From contig JBOEGF010000072.1 in NCBI GenBank assembly GCA_050633305.1, forward strand, positions 1-29,955: DNA of 29,955 bases, given 5' to 3'. The notes under the pieces were generated by a model. That model was not told where the DNA came from and made no database searches. It was given only the letters and a program-made list of their open reading frames with translations. Shown here piece by piece: positions 1 to 9,249 of the stretch (the stretch's first letter is position 1; every line of letters begins with the position of its first letter). This DNA comes from Nannocystales bacterium. GTDB taxonomy: Bacteria; Myxococcota_A; Polyangia; Nannocystales; Nannocystaceae. Position numbers and translations under genes: made by a program.

Positions 1-652
1 GTTTTTCGGGGGCAACTCCAGTCCTCCTTGGCCATCCAGTGCCAGCAGGAGGCGGTCGATCCCGATCGCCCATCCGACCCCGCCCGGGTACGGGCCTCCG
101 CCGGCAACCTGTTTCTGGGTTCCTAGAGCATCGCACTCAACCTCGAAACCAAGCCCCGTGTAGTAGGAGAGCCCTCGTTTGACGGCATCGCGGACTCGAT
201 ACCGCAAACCCACAGTGTCGAGTACGCCGACGAGTTCCTCGCGCACCTTCGGCAACGCGGTGGCGGGGTCCTCTCCGAGGACTTCGACGCCGAACTGAGT
301 GAACTCCCGGTACCGCCCCCTCTGCGGTCGTTCGTACCGGTAGCAACGGGCGACGTAGAACACCTTGTGCGGCCTTGCTCGGTTCTTGCTCCAAGACGCC
401 TTCCACCGGTCTTGGATGATCCCCGTGACTTCGGGGATCAGACAGATCGGCCGACCACGCTTGTCCTCAAACGCGTACATCTGTCCGAGGATGTCCTCGC
501 CCGCTCGCGAGACAAAGGTGTCCTGTCCCCAGATCGAGGGGATCACGACCTCCTCAAAGCCTCGGTTGATGAAGATACCTCCGTACCGAGTCGATCAGGT
601 CGGTGTAGCGTCGGGCCTCGGCCCCCTCAAGAATTCTCGTTCCACGTAGCAT
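1..652 (-). CDS. Compact histidyl-tRNA synthetase-like protein (class II aaRS catalytic core), split by a +1 frameshift near 574-569; 3' end runs off the window
   Basis: Manual translation. Frame A from ATG 652 (SD-like AGGGAG upstream) gives MLRGTRILEGAEARRYTDLIDSVRRYL, with a stop at 556-554. The +1 frame is open from about 594 to 1: INRGFEEVVIPSIW...QMYAFEDKRGRPICLIPEVT...YRYERPQRGRYREFTQFGVE (motif 2)...RGLSYYTG (HisA-like)...GGGPY (HisB-like)...GWAIGIDRL (motif 3). Could be programmed, a pseudogene or a sequencing error. Confidence 0.85.
569..582 (-). promoter_or_regulatory. Candidate prfB-like +1 ribosomal frameshift cassette with a His A-site codon
   Basis: Minus strand reads CGG AGG TAT CTT CAT C: internal SD GGAGG (582-578), 3-nt spacer TAT, CTT (574-572), then CAT (571-569). 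E. coli prfB reads AGG GGG TAT CTT TGA C. Confidence 0.6.
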
Positions 653-771
653 GTGTCGTTCTCTCCCTTGCGCTGCATCAATGCGCACCGGGGATGGACG
701 ACCGACTCTTGTTGATTGGGGGTCCCCGCGCGCACAACCTCGTGCCGCCTGGGACTCGCTTCCCAGACGAC

Positions 772-801
772 CTACGGGTGGAAATGCACCGGGGCCGTCA
801 C
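772..801 (-). CDS. Putative His-containing leader peptide MTAPVHFHP (or MRVTAPVHFHP from ATG 807)
   Basis: GTG ACG GCC CCG GTG CAT TTC CAC CCG TAG starts 7 nt downstream of a candidate -10 and is followed at once by a strong hairpin (771-744). It lies upstream of the HisRS-like gene. Confidence 0.45.
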   Translation of the reverse strand: MTAPVHFHP

Positions 802-808
802 TCTCATT

Positions 809-837
809 TAGATACGGTCGGAGCGGCACTCCGTCAA
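809..837 (-). promoter_or_regulatory. Candidate sigma70-type promoter for the leader and HisRS-like gene
   Basis: TTGACG (837-832)-N17-TATCTA (814-809); good -35, weak -10. Confidence 0.45.
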
Positions 838-973
838 GGGAACAGCGCGGACCAATCGTCCGAGGCCACATAGGACCCGATACACAATCCGCTGCTGCAC
901 CCGGAACGAGTCGAGTCCCCGCCTCTGGGTGGGGGTTGAGGAGCCGGAGTCAGGCCACTCGGCTTGAACCGCT

Positions 974-1552
974 CTACCCGAAGTAGTCGGGCTCGTTGCC
1001 CGGCTTCCATTTGATGTTGCAGCCCATGCTCGGTTTCTGCTCTTCGGCGACCGCGTTGCCTCCGAGCACCGCCTCGAGCGCCGCGTATACGTTCGCGCCC
1101 GTCACCGCAACTTCGTTCCCGGGGCGGCTGTCGTCGAACTGCCCCCGGTACACCAGCTTCTGGTCACCATCGAAGACGAAGAAGTCCGGGGTGCAGGCCG
1201 CTTGGAACGCCTTGGCGACGCTCTGGTCCGCGTCGACCAGATACGGGAACTCGTACCCGTAGACGTTGGCCTCACTGCGCATGCGGTCGGGCGAGTCGTC
1301 GGGGTACTGGTCGTAGTTGTTGCTGTTGATGCCGACCATCGCGACGCCCTTTTCGGCACAGTCGCGGCCAAGCTTGGCGAGTCCGCTGCGAAGGTGCTTC
1401 ACGAACGGGCAGTGGTTGCACATGAACACGACGACGAGGGCCTTGGCGTCCGCAAAGTCGGTCAGGGAGACGGGCCGGCTGTGCGCGTCCGGAAGGCTGA
1501 ACGCAGGAGCTTGGGTGCCCAACGAGAGCATGCGGGAGCGGGTCATCACCAT
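974..1552 (-). CDS. Thioredoxin-fold redoxin (AhpC/TSA, PRX-like1 family)
   Basis: GTQAPAFSLPD, FMCNHCPFV (CxxC), AACTPDFFVFD, YRGQFDDSRP, SMGCNIKW. Confidence 0.92.
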   Translation of the reverse strand: MVMTRSRMLSLGTQAPAFSLPDAHSRPVSLTDFADAKALVVVFMCNHCPFVKHLRSGLAKLGRDCAEKGVAMVGINSNNYDQYPDDSPDRMRSEANVYGYEFPYLVDADQSVAKAFQAACTPDFFVFDGDQKLVYRGQFDDSRPGNEVAVTGANVYAALEAVLGGNAVAEEQKPSMGCNIKWKPGNEPDYFG

Positions 1553-1585
1553 GGGCCGCGGAGTATAGACCCGGTGCCCGCGATC

Positions 1586-3070
<1,485 letters not shown>

Positions 3071-3137
3071 GGTCACAGAATGTACATCACGCGAATCCAC
3101 CCGCGCTCTTTCACCAATGATTTCAAGCCACAACCCC

Positions 3138-3153
3138 GGGCACAAGACGTGCT
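3138..3153 (+). promoter_or_regulatory. Sigma54 -24/-12 promoter upstream of the acyltransferase
   Basis: GGGCACAAGACGTGCT versus consensus TGGCACG-N4-TTGCW, with GG and GC at the correct spacing; divergent from a bEBP gene. Confidence 0.65.
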
Positions 3154-3165
3154 CTTTCCCCGGGC

Positions 3166-3876
3166 ATGACCGCCACACGCTCGACGTATCTCACCCGCGA
3201 GTTCCTGCCCGCCACATGGCGTCGAGTGCGCGAGTCGGTGCTGCACACGATGGTCCGAGCTTTGGTGCACACCCTGTATCGCTTCAAGAAGACCCAGCTT
3301 CGACACGTGCCGCAGGGGCCGGCGGTTCTTGTCTGCAACCACGTCAGCTTCGCCGACGCTGTCATCGTCGGCGCTGCGTTTCGCCGGCCTGTGCGTTTCG
3401 TGATGGACCACCGTATCTACAAGCACCCCGCGCTGCGGTGGTTCTTCGACGCGGTCGGCGTCATCCCGATCGCCCGAGCCAAGGACGACCCGGAGTTGCT
3501 CGCACAAGCCTACAACCGCATCGCCGCGGCCCTTCGACGGGGCGAACTCGTGTGCATTTTTCCCGAGGGCATGATCACCCATGACGGGGCGCTCAACCAG
3601 TTCCGAGACGGGATTACGCGCATCGTGGAACGGACTCCGGTCCCCGTCGTGCCCATGGCCCTCAAGGGCATGTGGGGCTCGTTCTTCAGTCGCCGCGGCG
3701 GCCCTGCCATGCGCGGGCTTCCTCGACGATTCCGCTCGAAGATCGAGCTGGCCGCCACCGCCCCACTCCACCCCACGCAGGTCAGCGCCGCGGAGGTTCA
3801 GGAGCGCGTGGCAGACCTGCTGGAGGGTCAGCCCGCGGCCAGCAGCTCGCGCAGCTTGTCCGAGAACGCGGCGTAA
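3166..3876 (+). CDS. Lysophospholipid acyltransferase (PlsC/LPLAT family)
   Basis: NHVSFAD (NHX4D), GVIPI, IFPEG, PVPVVP motifs. Confidence 0.9.
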   Translation: MTATRSTYLTREFLPATWRRVRESVLHTMVRALVHTLYRFKKTQLRHVPQGPAVLVCNHVSFADAVIVGAAFRRPVRFVMDHRIYKHPALRWFFDAVGVIPIARAKDDPELLAQAYNRIAAALRRGELVCIFPEGMITHDGALNQFRDGITRIVERTPVPVVPMALKGMWGSFFSRRGGPAMRGLPRRFRSKIELAATAPLHPTQVSAAEVQERVADLLEGQPAASSSRSLSENAA

Positions 3877-4574
3877 GGGGTCTCATCGGGAGGACCCGAG
3901 GCATGAAAGAAGCTCTGACGCTGCGGATCGTCACTGAGCTGCACGACGGTGCTGCTCCGAGTCCCGTAGTTCCGGCCCCGATCCAGCACATTGACCCCCT
4001 CGAGCGGAGGGTCGTCACGGTGGGAGAGGAGCTGACGCCATGTCTCCATCGTGGGAAGCCCAGCCTCGGCGAGCGGACGGACCAGCCTCGGCAAGAGCTC
4101 GAGCCGCTTGGACGGCGCCGCGTCCAGGCTCCGCTCGGTGAGCACGTGCAACCCGGGCTGCAACCGATGCCGCGACAGCTTGTGGCCGTCATTCCACACC
4201 AAGTGCGCACTGGTCCGGTCCGCGACGAGCAGGTGGAAGGGGTTGTGAAGCGAGGGCGCCGATAGACTCACCGCGTCCGCGGCATCCACGGCGGACGCAC
4301 CGCGCAGCGCGTCCAGGACAAGCTTTCCTCGCGAACGAGCTTGGGGGTTGGGCGACGGGGTAAACCGGTTCGTCAGACCGGCGAACACTCCAAACGCATT
4401 GACCCCAAGCCAGGTCCCTCCGGCTTGGACGTCGAGCGGGGCAAGCACGCGAACACCGTCGTTGTCCCGCAGCGCCGGGCTCTCCGCGGGGCGCTGCAGG
4501 TTCTCGTCGCGGTTTGCCGCGACGACCAGGGGCGCACCCGCCCACATGGAGACGGCGATGATCAGCGTGCACAC
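3828..4574 (-). CDS. NRDE/TANGO2 family protein
   Basis: N-terminal MCT, ANRDE, GGTWLGVN, SRGKLV, YGTRSST. Confidence 0.92.
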   Translation of the reverse strand: MCTLIIAVSMWAGAPLVVAANRDENLQRPAESPALRDNDGVRVLAPLDVQAGGTWLGVNAFGVFAGLTNRFTPSPNPQARSRGKLVLDALRGASAVDAADAVSLSAPSLHNPFHLLVADRTSAHLVWNDGHKLSRHRLQPGLHVLTERSLDAAPSKRLELLPRLVRPLAEAGLPTMETWRQLLSHRDDPPLEGVNVLDRGRNYGTRSSTVVQLSDDPQRQSFFHASGPPDETPYAAFSDKLRELLAAG

Positions 4575-4579
4575 CGGCG

Positions 4580-6304
4580 CTACGACTCCTCGCTGGATAC
4601 GACCGGAGGCTGCGCAGTCGTGCTGGGAGTCGCGGCCGCCTCCCGGTTGGCCATCTGCTTGCGCGCCTCGTTGTAGCGACGCTTGACGATGTCCCCTGCC
4701 ACTTCACGACCGCCCAGGCCGAACGCGAGCGCGGCGCCCAGACACAACGCGCCGAACAACAGGCCGAACGTCAGCAGCACGAAGTCTTCTGCGACATCAA
4801 GCTGGCGCACGGCCATCGTGAACGCGAACACCAGCACGGCGTACCGGGCGAACTCTCCCATCCATTTGCCGACCTCATCTTCTCCGCGAGCCCGGATCAG
4901 GTCCCGGACGTAGTTGCCGATCGCAAAGCCAATGCCGACGACGAAGGTGGCCACGGCGACGTTCTTGATGATGTAGCCCAAGAACGAGTTGACGTAGGCC
5001 GACCACATCACCAGCTGCAGGGTGGTCAGTGCTTGTGCCACCCCCATGAGGATGACGCCGACTTGCACCGCGAAGCCCAGCATCTCGCTGTACTCGCCCA
5101 AACGGTCTTCACGCTCCGAGAGTTTCTTGAAGCCGAGGTTCTCCATGAAGCGGTCGAGGCCGATGTTGCGCAGGGCCCCCGACACGAGGCGACGCAGCAG
5201 CTGTCCCACAAACACTGCGACCACGACGATCACAACGCCGACGGCGACCTTGGGAAGCAGATTCCAGAACTGCCCCATCATGCCCGTGAGCGGCTCGCTG
5301 AGCGTGGTGAGACCAAGCTCGTTGAGCGCTGCGATCGTGGCTTGAACGACGATGAACACCATCACCGCGGTCGCGACCACGTCGCTCGGGGAGGTTTTCC
5401 CCGTGACGCGATCCAGTTGCACACGCTCGGCGAGCTTGTCGAACCCGAGACCTTCGAGGACCTTGCGAACGACGGCCCGAGCCAGGCGTCCGCCGAACCA
5501 TCCAACCGCGACGAGCAACGCTGCGAAGCCGACCTTGGGGAGCACGCCCACGATGTGGTCGATGGCCCCGTGCAGCGGTTCCGCAATGGGTGTGATCTCC
5601 AGAGCTTCGAATGCACCGGCGATTCCCACCAGCATGATCAGCCAGAAGATGACGCGTCCGACGGTGCCCGAGAATGCGGGTTGCTTGTCCCCATCTTCCG
5701 CGAGTTCGGCAAATCGAGCATCCACCTTCAAGCCGTCGAGCGCGGCGGAAGTGACCTTCCGAAGGATCTCTCCGGCGAAGTACGCGACGATCAGGATCAA
5801 CGCGGCTTTGCCGACACGCGGCAGCGCTTGGACCACCGTGTCGACCAGGCGCTCCAGTGGGCCCGCGACCTGCGAGAGGCCGGCGAACTCCAGCACGCCG
5901 ACGACCACCAGCAACATCACGATGTAGTAGGCGACCTGAGCGATGAAGCGCTCGATCGCGCCCTCATCTCCCTCGGACTTTTTTCGGTCGCTGAGCAACA
6001 TCGACACGCCGAGCTTCTCCGCGGCGCGGTTGTCGAGGTCGGTGCGCGAGAGCAGCTGGAAGACCGCGTAGCTGATCATCTTCGCGACGATCCAGCCGCC
6101 GATGAACAACAGGATCGCCAAGAGGATCCGTGCGCCCAACTGAACAGCCGGGTTGTCGGCCATGAGCCCGAGCTGCGAGAGGCCATCGTCGGTTGCGGCG
6201 GGCGCAGGCGCAGCCTGGACCACAACCGGCACCATCAGGGCGACCATGCCAGCGAGGTACGGGAACAGAGCGGAGGTCGCGGGGAGTGGAGATCTTGAGG
6301 TCAT
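4580..6304 (-). CDS. Polytopic membrane protein with conserved TM-helix repeats (CmpX/MscS-associated TM_helix family)
   Basis: Repeated LP(K/R)V-hydrophobic helix-G-amphipathic units and C-terminal ALAFGLGGRE; no obvious MscS beta domain. Confidence 0.75.
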   Translation of the reverse strand: MTSRSPLPATSALFPYLAGMVALMVPVVVQAAPAPAATDDGLSQLGLMADNPAVQLGARILLAILLFIGGWIVAKMISYAVFQLLSRTDLDNRAAEKLGVSMLLSDRKKSEGDEGAIERFIAQVAYYIVMLLVVVGVLEFAGLSQVAGPLERLVDTVVQALPRVGKAALILIVAYFAGEILRKVTSAALDGLKVDARFAELAEDGDKQPAFSGTVGRVIFWLIMLVGIAGAFEALEITPIAEPLHGAIDHIVGVLPKVGFAALLVAVGWFGGRLARAVVRKVLEGLGFDKLAERVQLDRVTGKTSPSDVVATAVMVFIVVQATIAALNELGLTTLSEPLTGMMGQFWNLLPKVAVGVVIVVVAVFVGQLLRRLVSGALRNIGLDRFMENLGFKKLSEREDRLGEYSEMLGFAVQVGVILMGVAQALTTLQLVMWSAYVNSFLGYIIKNVAVATFVVGIGFAIGNYVRDLIRARGEDEVGKWMGEFARYAVLVFAFTMAVRQLDVAEDFVLLTFGLLFGALCLGAALAFGLGGREVAGDIVKRRYNEARKQMANREAAATPSTTAQPPVVSSEES

Positions 6305-6393
6305 AGAGGGGGCCCTCCGGGGGTTGAACCGCTGCTACCACGAACAGGTCCGTGCAACCCCGTCCCGAAACGCCCCAGCGCACCACGCGCAGT

Positions 6394-6422
6394 TTGACGC
6401 CCGAGCGGGGCCCTCCTATCGT
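6394..6422 (+). promoter_or_regulatory. Sigma70 promoter of the tRNA gene
   Basis: TTGACG-N17-TATCGT followed by a GC-rich discriminator CGCGCC, 20 nt before the tRNA. Confidence 0.75.
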
Positions 6423-6441
6423 CGCGCCACTCCGCGATTTT

Positions 6442-6517
<76 letters not shown>

Positions 6518-6538
6518 TACGTTTTTTCGGCATCCTGC

Positions 6539-7336
6539 ATGAACCCGCAGATTCAAGCGCTCTTCGATCTCCAAAAGCGAGACCGACAGCTTCATGTCCT
6601 CGAGCGAAAGCTCGACCTGATTCCCAAACGTCTCCTGGAGCTCGCGGATGACATGAAGCGTCTCGAGACCATGCTCGCGAGCGAGCAGAAGAAGTGCGAA
6701 GACACGCGCGCGTTCCAGCGTACGCATGAGGTCGCGCTCGCCGAGGAAGAAGAGATGCTCAAGAACTCGCGCGCCAAGATGGGGCACGTGAAGAACCCTC
6801 GCGAGCTCTCTGCGATCCAGCGGGAGATCGACTCGACGCGTCGCATGGCGACCGCTCGCAACGAGGAGATCGCCAAGATCAAGGCGGCGCTCGAGGAGAC
6901 CGAGTCGAAGCTGAGCGGAATGCAGGCATCGTTCGACAGCGTGCGTACCCAGGCGGATGCTGAGACCGCGCGACTGACCAAAGCCCAGACCAAGCTCGAG
7001 GCCAAGCTCGCCAAACTCGAGACCGGTCGAACCTCCCTCAAGGGTGAACTCGAGATTTCGACGGTCCGCACCTACGAACGGATCCGCAAGCGGGTCGCAG
7101 GCTCGGCCTTTGTGGCGATCTCCGAGGGGCGATGCACTGCCTGCAAGATGCAGGTGCCGCACCAGACCGGTGTCTCCCTGCGTAAGGGCGAGGAGATTCA
7201 CAGCTGCGAGAACTGCGGCAGACTCCTGTACTGGAAGGGGCTTTTCCCGGACGACGACGGCGCAGGGGATGCCAAGACCAAGACGAAGGCTGCACCCGAC
7301 AAGCGTGCTGCGCCCAAATCGGCGCCCTCCGTCTGA
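6539..7336 (+). CDS. Coiled-coil protein with C4-type zinc ribbon (DUF164 / CT398-HP0958-like)
   Basis: LFDLQKRD start, long coiled coil, CTAC...CENCGRLLY. Confidence 0.88.
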   Translation: MNPQIQALFDLQKRDRQLHVLERKLDLIPKRLLELADDMKRLETMLASEQKKCEDTRAFQRTHEVALAEEEEMLKNSRAKMGHVKNPRELSAIQREIDSTRRMATARNEEIAKIKAALEETESKLSGMQASFDSVRTQADAETARLTKAQTKLEAKLAKLETGRTSLKGELEISTVRTYERIRKRVAGSAFVAISEGRCTACKMQVPHQTGVSLRKGEEIHSCENCGRLLYWKGLFPDDDGAGDAKTKTKAAPDKRAAPKSAPSV

Positions 7337-7361
7337 GACTTCTGCAAAGCGGACGCAAGAC

Positions 7362-7396
7362 AAGAGCCGTGCCCCATCGGGGTCACGGCTCTTTTT
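7362..7396. terminator. Intrinsic terminator between the convergent zinc-ribbon gene and argH
   Basis: AAGAGCCGTG-CCCC-ATC-GGGG-T-CACGGCTCTT followed by TTT. Confidence 0.8.
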
Positions 7397-7436
7397 CGTG
7401 GGAGGGCGGACCGAGGTGCTCGCCCGTCCTGCGAGT

Positions 7437-8774
7437 TCAGCGAGCGAACCGGGCCGCACGACGCTGCGCAGCCACCATCGGATCGAGGCGCTCTAGGAGC
7501 GCCGGGTCCAGGCCCGCAGCTTTCAGGTCCTCGGCGGTCAGCTCCGCCAATCGTTTCCCGGCTTCGCGCTGCGCGGCGACGAGGGCACCAACCTTGCCGT
7601 AGGCGTCCCGAAACGCCATGCCACCGGCGACGAGGCCCTCGCACAGGTCCGTCGCGACCGCGTCACCGCGCACCAGCGCCTGCAGGCATGGCTCGGGCAG
7701 CAGCTCGAAGTTGCTCAGCGAGATCTCGACCATCCGCAGGCAATTGATGACCCCATCGACGGCGGCAAAGATGACCTCTTTGTCCTGTTGCAGGTCGCGA
7801 TGATATCCGGCGCCCAACCCCTGGAAGGTCACCATCAGCTGGACCAGTTCGCCTTGGCGCAGCGCCGATTGGCCACGCACCAGCTCGAACAGGTCCGGGT
7901 TGCGCTTGTGCGGCATCATCGATGAACCGCCCGCGATCGCCCCACCGAGTTTGACCAAGCCGTCCGAGGCCAGCTCGATGATGTCCGCACTGAATCGACC
8001 CAAGTGCAGGCCGAGCCTCGCGCAGACGAACACGAGCAGGAGCGCATGGTCGCGTTGCCCGATCGCGTCGAGCGGGTTTGCCGGAGCAGCGTCAAACCCC
8101 AACGCCTTGGCCGAGACCGCCGTGTCGACGGGAAGCGTCGTGCCCCCGACCGCGCCGCCTCCAAGGGGAGACTCGGCCAGTTCCTCGCGTACCCCACCGA
8201 GCAGTGCGCGGTCGCGCTGCAGTGGCAGGGTCAATGCGCCTTCGAGCCACAGCGGCGCCATCGTGGGGATGGCGACTTGCCGGTGGGTGTACGCGGGCAG
8301 CACGACAGAGGCATGCCGCTGCGCCCACCCTCGGGCGGCGCTCAGCACGGCATCGACCTGGGTCTCGACGCGACCCACGGCGTCGCGACACCAGAGCTTG
8401 AGGTCGGTCGCGACTTGGTCGTTGCGGCTTCGGCCCGTGTGCAGCTTGCCCGCCACGTCGCCGACGGCCTCACGCAGCCACGACTCGATCGCCATGTGCA
8501 CGTCCTCCTCGTCGGCGCGCAGCACCACCTCGCCGGAGGCCACTTTGCCAGGCAAGGACTCGAGCGCACCGATCAGCGTGTCGGCCTCGGCATCGGTGAC
8601 CAGACCACCGGCGCGTAAGCCCTGCACGTGCGCGACGCTCCCGCGACAGTCCTCGTCGAGAAGACGAATGTCGATCGGGAGCGAGGTGCTCCACTCCAGA
8701 AACTCAGCATCGAGCGCACCACCGGTGGCGGCCGTCCGGGCGATCGACGTGGACTCGCTCTTGGACTCGCTCAT
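7437..8774 (-). CDS. argH: Argininosuccinate lyase
   Basis: EDVHMAIE, KLHTGRSRNDQVATD, PAYTH, GSSMMPHKRNPD, YHRDLQQDK. Start ATG 8774 overlaps the upstream stop (ATGA). Confidence 0.93.
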   Translation of the reverse strand: MSESKSESTSIARTAATGGALDAEFLEWSTSLPIDIRLLDEDCRGSVAHVQGLRAGGLVTDAEADTLIGALESLPGKVASGEVVLRADEEDVHMAIESWLREAVGDVAGKLHTGRSRNDQVATDLKLWCRDAVGRVETQVDAVLSAARGWAQRHASVVLPAYTHRQVAIPTMAPLWLEGALTLPLQRDRALLGGVREELAESPLGGGAVGGTTLPVDTAVSAKALGFDAAPANPLDAIGQRDHALLLVFVCARLGLHLGRFSADIIELASDGLVKLGGAIAGGSSMMPHKRNPDLFELVRGQSALRQGELVQLMVTFQGLGAGYHRDLQQDKEVIFAAVDGVINCLRMVEISLSNFELLPEPCLQALVRGDAVATDLCEGLVAGGMAFRDAYGKVGALVAAQREAGKRLAELTAEDLKAAGLDPALLERLDPMVAAQRRAARFAR

Positions 8775-9082
8775 GCGAAGTCGAACCACTCGCGAAGGGC
8801 AGCAAGGCCGGCCGGATCGTTGGTCTTGATCTTTCCTCGGGCGATGTCGATCGGGCCCGGCATCTTCCCCTTGACGACCATTTTCTCGAAGAGCGCAGGT
8901 GTAGTTTTGAGGACTACATCGGCGTTGTCGATCGTTTTGCCGGACTCCACGCTGCAGACGTCGCCGTCGATCTTGACCGTGTACTTATGGTCCCCCACGG
9001 AGAAGTAGAAGGACCGAGGAGAGGTCGCAGAGCCCTTTTTGTAGCGGCTCGGCATCGCATCGAAGATCTCGGGGATCGTCAT
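8771..9082 (-). CDS. SCP2 sterol/lipid-binding domain protein
   Basis: 103 aa from MTIPEIFDAM; YTVKIDGDVCSVESG..ADVVLKT..GKMPG..RGKIK pattern of the SCP2 fold. Confidence 0.8.
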   Translation of the reverse strand: MTIPEIFDAMPSRYKKGSATSPRSFYFSVGDHKYTVKIDGDVCSVESGKTIDNADVVLKTTPALFEKMVVKGKMPGPIDIARGKIKTNDPAGLAALREWFDFA

Positions 9083-9249
9083 TCCGGGCGGAGCGTACCA
9101 GCTCCGTTCCTGGGTCCACAGCGCGACCCGCGTCACGTTTCGGCTTTTTTTGCGGTCCGACGCACTCGGCTTTGCATCGTTCCCTTTGTACCCTCGTCTC
9201 AAGTCCATCTCACGGCCCGCGGACGGCGGCCGGAGACCTTGGAGCAACC

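Noticed and set aside
554..559. Second prfB-like slippery site CTT TGA at the end of the zero frame
   Set aside because: It also leads to the +1 frame, but lacks an SD at the 3-nt spacing and would replace the conserved INRGF segment with HQPRL. At most a minor site.
1..652. Calling the gene hisZ or the housekeeping hisS
   Set aside because: It retains HisRS catalytic motifs (YRYERPQ.GRYREF, RGLxYY) and no his operon genes are visible, which argues against hisZ. It is too reduced and interrupted to assume it is the main hisS.
137..986. ORF-track ORFs at 137-406, 365-649, 367-873 and 651-986
   Set aside because: Shadow frames of the HisRS-like gene and its leader; no recognisable motifs.
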